Shown: positions 1 to 11,168, numbered from the stretch's first letter. The stretch: 64,000 bases of DNA from an uncultured delta proteobacterium (GCA_963708295.1 CAVPSJ010000004.1:768001-832000), one strand, 5' to 3'. Translations and numbers: made by a program. Notes: generated by a model not told the origin, from the sequence alone.

Positions 1-2164
1 GCGGTGGGCAGAAGAGATCGAAAAATCCAAAGCGACCTGGGGGCAGAAACAGGCAGAGCGGTTAGTCTTAGAAGAGACCTTGAGACAGGACCGCTCTCGT
101 TACCTTTCTCTCAAAGAACTCCAGGAAAATTTTGAAGGGTTCGAAAAAGGCGTCAAGTCTATACTTCTGAGGAAGAGGGAAGAAGGGGAAAAGTGGGAAC
201 GGATCTTGGGAGTGGTCGCTGATATTTTCGAACCGGACCCGCAACATGAAATTGCCTTAGAAGCCATTTTAGGACAACGATTGCAGTATCTCATCGTGGA
301 AGGAGAAAAAGATGGCCTGGAGGCCATGACTTTTCTTAAACGAGAGGCCCTCGGCAGGGGGAGCTTCATACCGAAAGGAGTCCAGGGGATCGAGAAGGGA
401 GTTCCAGCTTCTCACGAAGAGGGGGCGCCCAATTCCCTGTTACATTTCGTGAAGGTGAAGGAAGGGTTTTCCCACCTGGCGGAGTTCTTGATCGGGGGCG
501 TCGGTGTCGTCAAGCACCTGGAGGAAGCGCTTCTCTGGATCGGGAAAGAAGAGAGGTTCAAAACCCTGGTCAGCTTAGAAGGGGATATGGTAGAGCGCTC
601 CGGAGTGATATCCGGCGGCAGCCATGATCAGGGCCTTGGGATTTTAGAGAGAAGGAGGGAGATCAAGGACCTGGAAAAGAAAATTGAAGATAGGGAGGAG
701 GTCTGCCGAAAGGCCAACGAAGAAGAGGATCTTCTCCGAAAAGAGATTGCTGGAAGGGAAGGCCAGCTTGAAAACAGGAAGAGAGAGATTCAGGAAAAAG
801 AGATTGAACTCCTCCATCAAGAAAGAGATTTGGAGGGATTGAATAAAGAAATTCTCCAATTCCAGCAGAGGAAGGAAGTCCTTCAATTTGAGCAGAACCA
901 ACTTGAAGAGGAAAATCAAGACTTAGAGAAAGAAAAGAAGGAAGTCTCTGCTCAAATGGAGACGGGAGAGACCACAAGGAAAGAAAGGGAAGCGCAAGTC
1001 CAATCCTGGAAAAAGAAGGCAGAGGAGATTGGAGAGGGGACAGAAGAACTTGGAGAAAAGATCACCGGGAAGAAGGTTATTTTAGCCTCCCTCGAGGAGA
1101 AACAGAAGGGACTGGAAGGTCAAATTCAGAATCTCTCGGAGAGCCAGAGGATTTTAAAGGAGCAGATCCTTAAGAAGGTGAAGGAGATCAGGGAATGCCG
1201 GGGAGAAGCGACTTCCCTCCGCGAGAAAGTCCAACAATGGGAAAAGGAGTTGGAAGATGGCCTGAAACAACACCGGTCTAAGGAAGAGACGCTCTCTACC
1301 CAGAAAGAGAAGGTGGAAACGCTTCTTAGCGAATGGAAAGAGATGGAAGCTTCGTCTAAATATCTGCGTCGAGAGTTAGAAGAGGTGAGGCAGAAAATCC
1401 ATGAGGAAGAGACGTTGACCTCGGAGGTCCAGCTGAAACTCTCCGTTCTTCAGGAGTCGATGAAAGAGCGGTATGGTGCAACGCTCTCCGCATCGATCGG
1501 GGCCCCTGGAGAGTTTCCAAAGGAAGAGATGTCCAAACGGCTGGCGGAGTTAAAAAATGCCCTGGAAGGGTTTGGAGAAGTCAACCTGATGGCCATCGAG
1601 GAATATCAGGAATTGAAACAACGACATGACTTCCTGTCAGAACAGCAAACCGACCTTCACCAGGCCCTCGATTCCTTGAAGAAGGCGATTCTCCGGATCA
1701 ATCGGACGACGACCAAGCGATTTTTGGAGACCTTCCATCTGGTCAATGAAAAATTCAAGGAGGTCTTTGGGAGACTCTTCAAGGGCGGGCAGGCAAGCCT
1801 CGTTCTGTTAGACGAACAGGACCCTGCCACCACGGGGATTGATATCATTGCTCAACCTCCTGGAAAGAAACTTCAGAATATCGACCTCCTTTCCGGGGGA
1901 GAGAAGGCTCTGGTCGCCACGGCCTTGCTTTTTGGGATATTTATGATCAAACCCACCCCCTTCTGTTTACTGGATGAGGTGGACGCGCCGCTGGATGATG
2001 CGAACATCAATCGGTTTATCGAATTGGTCAAGGAGTTCTCAAAAACTTCCCAGTTTATCATGATCACCCACAACAAGAACACCATGGAAGCCGCCCAAAC
2101 GCTCTATGGGATTACGATGGAGACCCCCGGGGCGTCGAAGGTCGTTTCGGTCCGATTGAATTAA
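1..2164 (+). CDS. smc: Chromosome segregation protein SMC (hinge plus C-terminal half; 5' end outside window)
   Basis: Frame is open back to base 2. Hinge motif GRGSFIP, long coiled coil, LSGGEKAL signature, Walker B/D-loop LLDEVDAPLD, QFIMITH. Confidence 0.97.
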   Translation, partial: RWAEEIEKSKATWGQKQAERLVLEETLRQDRSRYLSLKELQENFEGFEKGVKSILLRKREEGEKWERILGVVADIFEPDPQHEIALEAILGQRLQYLIVEGEKDGLEAMTFLKREALGRGSFIPKGVQGIEKGVPASHEEGAPNSLLHFVKVKEGFSHLAEFLIGGVGVVKHLEEALLWIGKEERFKTLVSLEGDMVERSGVISGGSHDQGLGILERRREIKDLEKKIEDREEVCRKANEEEDLLRKEIAGREGQLENRKREIQEKEIELLHQERDLEGLNKEILQFQQRKEVLQFEQNQLEEENQDLEKEKKEVSAQMETGETTRKEREAQVQSWKKKAEEIGEGTEELGEKITGKKVILASLEEKQKGLEGQIQNLSESQRILKEQILKKVKEIRECRGEATSLREKVQQWEKELEDGLKQHRSKEETLSTQKEKVETLLSEWKEMEASSKYLRRELEEVRQKIHEEETLTSEVQLKLSVLQESMKERYGATLSASIGAPGEFPKEEMSKRLAELKNALEGFGEVNLMAIEEYQELKQRHDFLSEQQTDLHQALDSLKKAILRINRTTTKRFLETFHLVNEKFKEVFGRLFKGGQASLVLLDEQDPATTGIDIIAQPPGKKLQNIDLLSGGEKALVATALLFGIFMIKPTPFCLLDEVDAPLDDANINRFIELVKEFSKTSQFIMITHNKNTMEAAQTLYGITMETPGASKVVSVRLN

Positions 2165-2311
2165 GCGAAGTTATCGTATTGAATTGTTTTCAGAAAGGAC
2201 AGCGGATCTTTTTCCAAACTCGCTATTCGTCGTCGCACGCCCCGAAGTCCTTATCCTATCATCACAGCGGATCACCCCATTCCGAGAAATATTCCCGGTG
2301 CCGGATAAAAA

Positions 2312-2399
2312 TTGACCCATTCGGCGGCGTCAAGAAGCGCCGCTCAGGGTCAACCCTGACGAAGCCGGGGCCTTCAGGCCGGGGAGTCGAAGGGTTGAC
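2312..2399 (-). mobile_element. Small non-autonomous hairpin element, IS200/IS605-end-like (PATE/REP-like)
   Basis: Minus strand reads GTCAACCCTTCGACTCCCCGGCCTGAAGGCCCCGGCTTCGTCAGGGTTGAC...GAATGGGTCAA: nested inverted repeats ending in GGTCAA, as does the element at 30114. Confidence 0.55.
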
Positions 2400-2632
2400 T
2401 TGAAGAGATGAATTGCGACCGTGTCGACGCTTGCGTCGCCGGCTGGGATTTGTCTCCCTCACGGAACCCGCGGGTTCGGTTTGCTGAGTGAACCAAGAGA
2501 AATAGGAGGGTCGTGAAAAGACCCTATTCGGATCAGGGATAAATCAGTAAAAAGTAAAAAAAGTAAAAGTTGAACAAACATCCGCTTTCTGGTAGCATCG
2601 TTTTGGACGATTCTCTAATCGGGAGGAGAGCG

Positions 2633-3895
2633 ATGAAGGAAAGTTCTAAAAAGGCGCCGAGAATCCATTACGGTTGGATTGTGATCGCCATGGGAACGCT
2701 GACAACCATCGGGGCTCACGGGTTTGGTCGGATGGCCTATACGCTCATTCTGCCGAGCATGAAGGACGGTCTTCATTTCAGTTACGCGGAACTCGGGCTT
2801 TTAGGGACGGGAAACTTCATCGGTTACCTTAGCCTTGCCATTCTCGGAGGGTTCTTAGCTTCTCGATATGGTTCGAGAGTCGTGATCAGTCTTGGCTTGG
2901 TTCTGATGGGGTTAACCATGATTCTTACAGGCTTTGCCCAGAGTTTTTCCTTCGCCTTTATCATGCGACTATTAACAGGGTTCGGGAATGGGGCTGCCTA
3001 TGTGCCGGCAATGGCGCTCGGTTCTGCCTGGTTCGTCTTGAGAAGAAGGGGATTTGCCACTGGCATCGTCTCAGCCGGAATTGGGGGAGGTACCTTGATT
3101 GCCGGTCTGATCGTCCCCCCTCTTTTGAAAGCCTATGGATCAGAGGGCTGGAGGTTTTCTTGGTACTATCTGGGGGGAGGGGTCCTTTTCATCTCATGCC
3201 TGGTCTATGCCCTTGTTCGCAGCCAACCTGAAGAGAAGGGACTCTCTCCCATTGGGTTCGATGAAACAAAAGATTCCCTAAAAACTCCTCCGGTGGAAGA
3301 AAAGGCAAAACCCATACAGTGGGGCCTTGTCTACCGAGTCAAGGAGATATGGTATCTCGGGTTCGTTTATTTCATGTATGGATTCTCGTATATCATTTAT
3401 ATGACTTTTTTTGCTGCCTATCTAACCAAGGAGATGGGGCTGAGCCAGGCCGAAGCAGGTGGTATTTGGGCCATGGTCGGAGGGGTAAGCATTTTTTGTG
3501 GTGTGATCTGGGGTGGAATCTCTGACCTCCTGGGTCGAAAATATGGGTCAGCCTTGGCCTATATTACCTTAGCGACAGCCTATGCCATCTTTGCCTTAGT
3601 GAGGAATCCAACCGGTTTCTACCTCTCTGCGGGTATCTTTGGCCTCACGGCATGGAGCATACCCACTATTATGGCTGCAGCGAGTGGGGATTATTTGGGA
3701 TCGAAACTGGCTCCTGCGGGACTCGGTTTTATCACCCTTTTCTTCGGGGTTGGGCAAGCGTTAGGACCTGCCGTGGGAGGCTACTTGGCGGATGTCACCC
3801 GATCTTTCCTGGTTCCTTTTCTTTTGGCAAGTGGAGTCTCTTTGGCAGGAATGTTTTTCTCTTTCTACCTCAAAAAACCATCATCCTTGAATTAA
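2633..3895 (+). CDS. MFS transporter (YbfB/YjiJ-like)
   Basis: About 12 hydrophobic segments, GFGRMAYTLILPSM N-terminal motif, GGISDLLGRK loop motif, SD GGGAGGAG before ATG 2633. Confidence 0.9.
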   Translation: MKESSKKAPRIHYGWIVIAMGTLTTIGAHGFGRMAYTLILPSMKDGLHFSYAELGLLGTGNFIGYLSLAILGGFLASRYGSRVVISLGLVLMGLTMILTGFAQSFSFAFIMRLLTGFGNGAAYVPAMALGSAWFVLRRRGFATGIVSAGIGGGTLIAGLIVPPLLKAYGSEGWRFSWYYLGGGVLFISCLVYALVRSQPEEKGLSPIGFDETKDSLKTPPVEEKAKPIQWGLVYRVKEIWYLGFVYFMYGFSYIIYMTFFAAYLTKEMGLSQAEAGGIWAMVGGVSIFCGVIWGGISDLLGRKYGSALAYITLATAYAIFALVRNPTGFYLSAGIFGLTAWSIPTIMAAASGDYLGSKLAPAGLGFITLFFGVGQALGPAVGGYLADVTRSFLVPFLLASGVSLAGMFFSFYLKKPSSLN

Positions 3896-3997
3896 AGGTG
3901 GGTCGCGAACAGAGGAGGATCCATCAAATTTGACAAGTTAATTCAATTGTGAGATATTTCTCATTGTTCTGCCTCGGGATTTGGGTGAGCGTCGGTC

Positions 3998-4025
3998 TTG
4001 ACATAAAATCTATATTTGTTATAGT
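3998..4025 (+). promoter_or_regulatory. Sigma70-type promoter upstream of iorA
   Basis: TTGACA-16 nt-TATAGT with TG extended -10. Confidence 0.55.
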
Positions 4026-4230
4026 GGGTTTGGCAATATTAAAGATGTTAAAATAACAAGAGAAAACGGATGACCAGAACAGCCAAAATCACGAAGAACG
4101 AGGATGAGAAGGGAATCACTCAAATAAAATTGTTAAGGTGTTCAGCAAGGGGATGTTATTTTGCAGGGGAGGTCCGTTTGACCATTTTTTAGACTTTTCC
4201 AAGTCAGAATTAAACTTGAAGGAGCGCTTT

Positions 4231-6057
4231 ATGAAAAAGGTAATGACGGGAAATGAAGCCATTGCAAGAGGAGCGTTTGAGGCTGGTGTCAAGGTTGCAG
4301 CGGCGTATCCGGGAACTCCAAGTACGGAGATCCTCGAGACCATCGCAAGAGAATATAAAGATATTTATGCGGAGTGGGCTCCCAATGAAAAGGTAGCATT
4401 GGAAGTTGTCATTGGAGCCTCCTTGGCCGGTGCCCGGACAATGGCTTCGATGAAACATGTCGGGGTGAACGTGGCAGCAGATCCTTTGATGACCCTGTCC
4501 TATGTCGGGGTGAACGGTGGTTTAGTCCTCGTGACTTGTGATGACCCGGAGCTCTATAGCTCGCAGAATGAGCAGGACAATCGCCACTATGCCAGGTTTG
4601 CGAAGATCCCTATGTTTGAACCGAGTGACAGCCAAGAGGCAAAAGACTTTCTAAAATTGGGGTTCGAAGTCAGCGAAACCTTCGATACCCCGGTCATGGT
4701 TCGGGGCGTCACCCGGATCTCTCATTCAAAAGGAGTGGTCGAATTACAAGAACCGGTCGTTTCTCCCATCCCTATCGAGGTCCGGAAGCAGACTGCAAAA
4801 TATACGATGTTGCCTTCCTTCGCCCGGGTGAAACATGGAGTCGTTGAGGAGCGGTTTGTAAAATTGCAGGAATTTGCCGAGAAATTCCCGGGGAATCGCA
4901 TCGAGATCAATGATCCGGCGATTGGAATTATATCCGCAGGTATTTCATATGAGTACGCAAAGGAAGTCTTTCCCAATTATTCTTATCTTAAGCTGGGGAT
5001 GGTATGGCCTTTGCCCAAAAACTTGATCGCCGAGTTTTTCAAAAAAGTAAAGAAAGTCATTGTGATAGAGGAATTGGATCCTTTCCTGGAAGAAAACATC
5101 AGGGCCATGGGGTTCAAACCAAAAGGAGGAAAGAATCTATTCTCCATGTGTGGAGAATTCAACCCGCTCATCGTAGAGAAAGGGATATTGGGAAAAAAGT
5201 TCAAGAGCCCCCAGCCTGTGTTTAAGGAACCTCTTCCCCCCAGGCCGCCCAATCTTTGTCCGGGATGTCCTCATCGGGGGGTATTCTACGCTATAAAGAA
5301 GTTGAAACTTGTTGCCGCGGGCGATATCGGATGTTATACACTGGCCGCCTATCCGCCGTTGAGCTCTCTGGACACCTGCATCTGTATGGGAGCAAGCATT
5401 GGCCAGGCTCATGGGATGGCGAAAGCGCTGGGGGAGGCCGGAAAAGGGAAATTCGTGGGAGTGATCGGAGACTCGACCTTCCTTCATGGCGGGATCGCTC
5501 CCTTGATGAACATGGCCTACAATAAAAGTTACGCAACGGTTATCCTTCTCGACAACCGGACCACCGGCATGACCGGCTCACAGGAACATCCAGGAACTGG
5601 ATATACGATACGGGGGGAAAAAACGCATAAAATCGATTTCGTCCGGCTGGCCGAGGTATTGGGGGTTGAGAATATCAGAACGGTGAACCCCTGGAATTTG
5701 GAGGAGACGGAAAAAGTGATCAAAGAAGAGGTGGAAAAAGACTCGCCGTCGTTGATCCTCACCAAAGGTCCATGCGTTCTTCTTCGAAGAGAGTTTAAAA
5801 AATATAACAAACCCCTGATGGTAGATTCCACCAAATGCATCGGTTGTAAAACCTGTGTCAACCTGGGCTGCCCGGCTATATCGTACCAGAAGGTGGAAGG
5901 TGAGATGGCGTTGACAAAGGACGGGAAGAAACGCAAAGGTATCTCCTATATCGATTCCTCCCTGTGTCCGGGATGCCACCTCTGCTATCAAGTATGCAAA
6001 TTCGGAGCGATTCAAAGTCAGGAAGAGAAGCCCGTATTGGGTTTTGAAACGATGTAG
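4231..6057 (+). CDS. iorA: Indolepyruvate:ferredoxin oxidoreductase alpha subunit
   Basis: GNEAIARGA, YPGTPSTEI, SSQNEQDNR, CPGCPHR, GDIGCY, GDSTF TPP motif, C-terminal 2x[4Fe-4S]; SD AAGGAG. Confidence 0.95.
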   Translation: MKKVMTGNEAIARGAFEAGVKVAAAYPGTPSTEILETIAREYKDIYAEWAPNEKVALEVVIGASLAGARTMASMKHVGVNVAADPLMTLSYVGVNGGLVLVTCDDPELYSSQNEQDNRHYARFAKIPMFEPSDSQEAKDFLKLGFEVSETFDTPVMVRGVTRISHSKGVVELQEPVVSPIPIEVRKQTAKYTMLPSFARVKHGVVEERFVKLQEFAEKFPGNRIEINDPAIGIISAGISYEYAKEVFPNYSYLKLGMVWPLPKNLIAEFFKKVKKVIVIEELDPFLEENIRAMGFKPKGGKNLFSMCGEFNPLIVEKGILGKKFKSPQPVFKEPLPPRPPNLCPGCPHRGVFYAIKKLKLVAAGDIGCYTLAAYPPLSSLDTCICMGASIGQAHGMAKALGEAGKGKFVGVIGDSTFLHGGIAPLMNMAYNKSYATVILLDNRTTGMTGSQEHPGTGYTIRGEKTHKIDFVRLAEVLGVENIRTVNPWNLEETEKVIKEEVEKDSPSLILTKGPCVLLRREFKKYNKPLMVDSTKCIGCKTCVNLGCPAISYQKVEGEMALTKDGKKRKGISYIDSSLCPGCHLCYQVCKFGAIQSQEEKPVLGFETM

Positions 6058-6085
6058 ACGATTCTTAAGAAGAGGAGAAGGGTCT

Positions 6086-6676
6086 ATGGACAATCATACA
6101 ACGAATGTGCTGGTGGTAGGGGTTGGCGGGCAAGGAGTCATCCTGGCGAGTGACATCATGTCCGAAGTCTTCATGGAAGCGGGTTATGATGTCAAGAAAA
6201 GCGAGATTCACGGAATGGCCATGAGGGGAGGCATCGTGAGCTCCCATTTCCGATTTGGCAAGAAAGTTCACTCTCCGCTGATCAAAGAAGGGGAAGCAGA
6301 CATCCTCTTTGCCTTTGAACAACTGGAGGGTCTGCGATGGCTGAACTTTCTGCAACCCAAAGCAAAAATCATTATGAATGATCATAAGGTGAATCCTCCC
6401 ATTGTTAACCTCGGCGACATGGAGTATCCTCAAGGCATTCCCGAGATTATCGGTTCTAAATTCAAAGACTTCTATTTAGTCAAAGGGACAGAGATCGCAC
6501 TCCAGATAGGAGACGCCCGTGCCGCCAATGTCGTGCTCCTCGGGGCTATGTCAAGATTCTTCGACATCAAGGAGGAACTGTGGTTAAACACCATTCTGAA
6601 ATACCTTCCTCCGAAAGTCCACGAGTTGAATAGAAAAGCGTTTGCTACGGGTCGAGGGGAAATTCATCAAGCCTGA
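6086..6676 (+). CDS. iorB: Indolepyruvate:ferredoxin oxidoreductase beta subunit
   Basis: GVGGQGVILAS, SEIHGMAMRGG, ANVVLLGA; directly after iorA. Confidence 0.95.
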   Translation: MDNHTTNVLVVGVGGQGVILASDIMSEVFMEAGYDVKKSEIHGMAMRGGIVSSHFRFGKKVHSPLIKEGEADILFAFEQLEGLRWLNFLQPKAKIIMNDHKVNPPIVNLGDMEYPQGIPEIIGSKFKDFYLVKGTEIALQIGDARAANVVLLGAMSRFFDIKEELWLNTILKYLPPKVHELNRKAFATGRGEIHQA

Positions 6677-6690
6677 GAGAGACTGGATAG

Positions 6691-6736
6691 AAAAGGCGAA
6701 GCCCGGTAGTTGTTTGCGGCTTCGCCTTTTTTTTTT
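6691..6736. terminator. Bidirectional intrinsic terminator between convergent iorB and paaK
   Basis: AAAAGGCGAAGCC-loop-GGCTTCGCCTTTT followed by a T-run. Confidence 0.85.
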
Positions 6737-6792
6737 GGCCTCTTCATTTAATGAATGATTGCAGATTCCCGCCTTGCCAAAGATCGCTCTAT

Positions 6793-8100
6793 TTACATCT
6801 TCCTTTCATCGATCACCCGTTTGGCCTTCCCCTCACTTCGCGTAATGGTTTTGGGCGGCACCAGTCGGATCTTTGTCCCGATGCCGGTCATCCCACGAAT
6901 TTTGCTCTCGACCATCTTCTCAACCTCGGCAATTTTCTTAGGACCTGCATCGTAAGTTTCCTGCCTCGCCTCCACATCCACGTGGAGTTGGTCTAAATAG
7001 CCCTTCTTTTTGACGATGATGACATACTGGGGCTCAATTTCCTTCACATCTAAAAGAATGCTTTCAATCTGGGAGGGGAAGACATTGACCCCGCCGATAA
7101 TGAGCATGTCGTCGCTCCGGCCATAGATTTTATCCATTTTGATGAGCGTTCTCCCGCATTCGCATTTTTCTCTCCGAAGGGTCGTGATATCCCGGGTGCG
7201 ATACCGAACCAGCGGCATCGCCTGACGTTGAATCGCCGTGAAGACCAGCTCACCCTTCGTCCCCAAAGGCAGGACCTCTCCTGTCACCGGATCGATGATT
7301 TCTGCGATGAAGTGATCTTCATTGACATGGAGTCCATCTTGTACCATACAGTCATAGGCTGTCCCCGGACCCCCGAACTCTGTCAAGCCGTAGGCTTCCA
7401 TGGCCTTGATCCCCATCCGCTCCTCGATCTCCTTCCGCATGGCAATCGTCCAGGGTTCCGCCCCAAAGACGCCAATGCGGAGCGGCAGGTCTTCGATCTT
7501 CACTCCCATCTCATCAGCCCTCTCGACAATCGTCAACGCGTAGGTAGGGGTGCAAAGAAGGACGGTGACCCCGAAATCCTGCAGGATCAGGATCTGTCTT
7601 TCTGTCTGGCCCGAAGAGATGGGAATGACCGCGCAACCGACGCGTGTCGCTCCCTGATGGAAGCCCAAACCCCCTGTGAACAGCCCCATTCCGTACGCGT
7701 TCTGGCAGATGTCATTTGAACGGACCCCTGCGGCATAAAGATTCCGGGCCATGCACTCAGTCCACTGATCGAGGTCGTTTTGGGTGTAAGGTCCGGTGAT
7801 GGGCTTTCCGGTAGTGCCAGATGAAGCATGGATCCTGATGACCTCCGCAAGCGGAACTGCACAAAGACCAAAGGGATAATTGTCTCTCAAATCGTTCTTG
7901 GCGGTAAAAGGCAATTTCGAAAGCTCTTCCAGTTCCTTGAGGTCTTCGGGCTTCAACCCTACTTCGTCGAACTTATTTTTGTAAAACGGTACCTTGTCAT
8001 ACACCCATTTTATGGTCTTTTTCAGGTTCTCCAGCTGGAATTTCCTCATTTCCTCTGCGGGCATGGTCTCGATCTTTTCATTCCAGTACTTCATCGTCAT
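6793..8100 (-). CDS. paaK: Phenylacetate-CoA ligase family protein
   Basis: RIHASSGTTGKP, YGMGLFTGGLG, YGLTEFGGPG, RYRTRD, GRSDDMLII.GVNVFPSQIE, GKAKRVID. Confidence 0.92.
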   Translation of the reverse strand: MTMKYWNEKIETMPAEEMRKFQLENLKKTIKWVYDKVPFYKNKFDEVGLKPEDLKELEELSKLPFTAKNDLRDNYPFGLCAVPLAEVIRIHASSGTTGKPITGPYTQNDLDQWTECMARNLYAAGVRSNDICQNAYGMGLFTGGLGFHQGATRVGCAVIPISSGQTERQILILQDFGVTVLLCTPTYALTIVERADEMGVKIEDLPLRIGVFGAEPWTIAMRKEIEERMGIKAMEAYGLTEFGGPGTAYDCMVQDGLHVNEDHFIAEIIDPVTGEVLPLGTKGELVFTAIQRQAMPLVRYRTRDITTLRREKCECGRTLIKMDKIYGRSDDMLIIGGVNVFPSQIESILLDVKEIEPQYVIIVKKKGYLDQLHVDVEARQETYDAGPKKIAEVEKMVESKIRGMTGIGTKIRLVPPKTITRSEGKAKRVIDERKM

Positions 8101-8341
8101 GCCTCCTTCCCTTAGTCAATAACCTCACACGAGAAAGGGCTTCCTTTTTCATGGGATTGGACGTTTTGAATATCAGAAATGGAATAAGTTTTAATTTCAA
8201 TTAGATAATTGACTCAAGCACGCCTGAAAGTGGGAGTCTAAAAGTGAAGCCTCAGACCAAACTTGGCATGTTATCTTTATCACAACCCCCCACTTTGTCA
8301 AGAATTTTTGTTCGAATGGAAGAAAGACCGTGCTACTACAC

Positions 8342-9106
8342 CTATCCAGAACAAACCTCTGGCTTAACACACCCAAAACTCGACGTCGTGTGGGCTAACT
8401 TGAGAAAGTCTTTTAGGGAAAGGACACCCAACCTCTGAACCTCTTTAATCATTTGCTGAAAGATCTGCGCCGTGGCCAAGGCATCCCAAAAAGAGGAATG
8501 GAGTTCCTCGACCGCCACATGATAGCGTTCAGCCATTGCACCTAATGTGTTATCGATTTTCATCGTGGCCATGATCGATGCCGGTGTCTTCTTTGCCAGC
8601 AACGCCTGATCCAAGACGGCTGTATCCACGACAATGTTTTGAATCGGAATGCCGTAAAGGCGGCACATCTCCCGATTGAGGAAGCTCATATCCAGCCATT
8701 CGTGATGGGCCACAAGCACAGACGACCCGATATAAGCGATGAAATTCGGCAAGACGTGCTCGATCGTGGGCTTCCCATTCACCATCCGTGGCAGAATCTC
8801 GTGGATCACAGCTGAAGCCGAGGGGATGTCGCGATCCGGATTAATGATCTCGTGGAAAGCATCCGAAAGGTCGATGCGACCCTCCTTGAGACGCATGGCA
8901 CTGATTGAGAGGATGCGGTCTCCTCTTTTGACGTTTAAGCCGGTGCTCTCTGTGTCAAAGATGACAAACTCTGCCTCGGCGATCGGTTGGTTGAAGTTGA
9001 AGCCATGAAAGGCGTGGAGATAATCTCGCATGACCTGCGGTAAATCCTTCCGCCGCAGGTGACGCTGGTAATATTGATTTCTCAAACGGCGCCAGAGCAT
9101 CTTCAT
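8342..9106 (-). CDS. DEDDh 3'-5' exonuclease (DNA Pol III epsilon-like), DUF294-associated
   Basis: FVIFDTESTGL, LVAHH..LDMSFL, HSSFWDALATAQIF motifs. Confidence 0.88.
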   Translation of the reverse strand: MKMLWRRLRNQYYQRHLRRKDLPQVMRDYLHAFHGFNFNQPIAEAEFVIFDTESTGLNVKRGDRILSISAMRLKEGRIDLSDAFHEIINPDRDIPSASAVIHEILPRMVNGKPTIEHVLPNFIAYIGSSVLVAHHEWLDMSFLNREMCRLYGIPIQNIVVDTAVLDQALLAKKTPASIMATMKIDNTLGAMAERYHVAVEELHSSFWDALATAQIFQQMIKEVQRLGVLSLKDFLKLAHTTSSFGCVKPEVCSG

Positions 9107-9140
9107 GACGGTTCACTCAGCTCCTGATCCCAAATGCACC

Positions 9141-11082
9141 TTATGCCTTTATATCATAGCGCAATTCCAAAAGCCCCTGCAGTCGATCGATGGTCTTAAA
9201 GGCTTCCTTAAGCATGGTCCTCTGGATGATGCTCAACTCATCCGGGTTGACGTAGTTGTCCGGAACGCCTCCCTGGCGGAGGACATCGACGTGATGCCGT
9301 ACCCGGGTGAGCATGATGACATTGAACGCATCTCTCAGGTCGTCGGCCTCGGCAGGGGTGAGAATCTCTTTTTCAACGAGGGCAGAAATTCGGTCGAGGG
9401 TGTTCGTTTCGAACACCTTTTGGTCCGAGGGCGAGTGTCCGGATGGCATCGACCAGGGGAGTCAAGCCGTTCAGCTTCAGATTCAGCTTATTCTTGTGCT
9501 CTCCGGACTTTTCGACGACCAGCCTCTTAAAGAAGCCCAGGGGCGTTTCGTGAAGAATAGCGGTCTTGGCCATTTCTCTCGCAAAGCTATTTCCCTCACT
9601 AAGTAGCTCCAAGATATGCCTTGCTGTCTCGGTCACCAGCTCATATTGACCGTAGATGGGGCGGCAATCGAAAAAGACGAAGGTGGCCAGGACCTCCTCG
9701 GCGGGGTAGTCCACATCGAGGATCCAGTGCCTGAAGTACTCTTTCCACACATGAAGGGGCTGGCACCACTTGGGGTTGATGGCCATCACCCCACCCTTGC
9801 AGCGTGGGAACCCACACCGCTCCAGCCCTGAAACCACCTTTTCAGCAAGGTTGAGAAAATAACTTCGAGCTTCCTCCTCCACCTCGGGCGAGTGATCCAC
9901 GAAAATAAGCGCATTGTCCTGGTCGGTCCTCAGCGTCTGCTCGCGACGCCCTTCACTCCCGAGGGCCAGCCACGCATATGGGAGCGGCGGCCTGCCATTT
10001 CCTTCTCCCACCATGGCCTCCTCGGCCAGAGCGATGATTTTTCGCGTCAGGTGGTCGTTGAGCGTCGTAATCAGCTCACAGACATCTTTCGCCATCCCTC
10101 CGTGCTCCAGGATGACGTTCATTGCGAGATCGATGTTTCTTCTGATGAGAACCACCTGCTCGATCGTGGTCGCCTGCTGAATCCCCTTAATCACCGCAAC
10201 AGGGTTATTCCCCTGGGAGACCATCAGGTCATGTTCGGAGATGATGCCCACGAGCTTCATCCCATCCATGACAGGGAGATACTTGATCCGGTTGGTGGTC
10301 ATGGAAAGAATAGCTTCAAAGCAGAAATCGTCGGGAGCAACGCACTGAACCGGCCGGTTCATCACATCGATCACCGGCTGGTTGATGAGTTTCCCGGATG
10401 CCAGCACCTTGCTCCTAAGGTCGCCGTCCGTCAGGATTCCCATGGGAATCCCGATATCGTCCACCACAATCACAGAGCCAACCCCTCGTTCCGTCATCCG
10501 CCGAGCGACACCCACGACCGTTTCTTCCGGCGGGCAGGTCAATACATTGGTGTGCATCACTTCTTTGATCCGGCCGGTGAAGAGAACCTGCTCCGCTCCC
10601 GGCTCTCCTCTTGCAAGGGGATCCATGGGCAGCGATCCAGTGTCAAACTGTTTAAATCCCTTGCTCGGCCCCGATGTAAAATAGAGGAAGACATCGGGAT
10701 ACTCCCCGATGAGTTTCTTAAAGACCTCCTTCCTGACGAGGTAGCAGAGGGTATCTTCCTCTGCCACAATCGTGAAAGGAGAGGGTTCTCCGCTCAATAG
10801 GGAAATCAGCCCGAAGAAATCTCCTTCATCCCGGTAGTCGTAGACCCTGTCCCCTCCCTTGCCGTCTTTTTCTGACAGCAGAAATCTTACACCCCCCGAG
10901 CGGATGATATAGAGAAACTGCGTGGGCGATCTCGTAGGACTTAAGATCGTGTTTCCTTTGGGGAAGTATTCGATGATGAGAGTGCGCACAAATTCATCCA
11001 TGGCCTTTCGGGAAAGGAGATGGAAAGGTGGGACCGTTTTGATAAAATCACTCAATTTTTCTAAGGGTAAGGCCTCAGGCAT
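9141..11082 (-). CDS. cNMP-binding + CBS pair + DUF294 nucleotidyltransferase-like protein (one +1 frameshift near 9428)
   Basis: N-terminal cNMP domain, CBS pair (GILTDGDLR, GIISEHDL), LGSEGRREQTLRTDQDNAL, GFPRCKGGVMAINPKW. Removing one G joins ...RTLAL to DQKVFETNTLDR in ORF 9141..9449. Confidence 0.88.
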
Positions 11083-11168
11083 CTGATCGTCCTGTTTCTC
11101 CGGAGGGACTCAACTTTTCTTAACACAAAAGACGCTATTTTTGAATCGCTTATTTTGATTGGTCCGAG

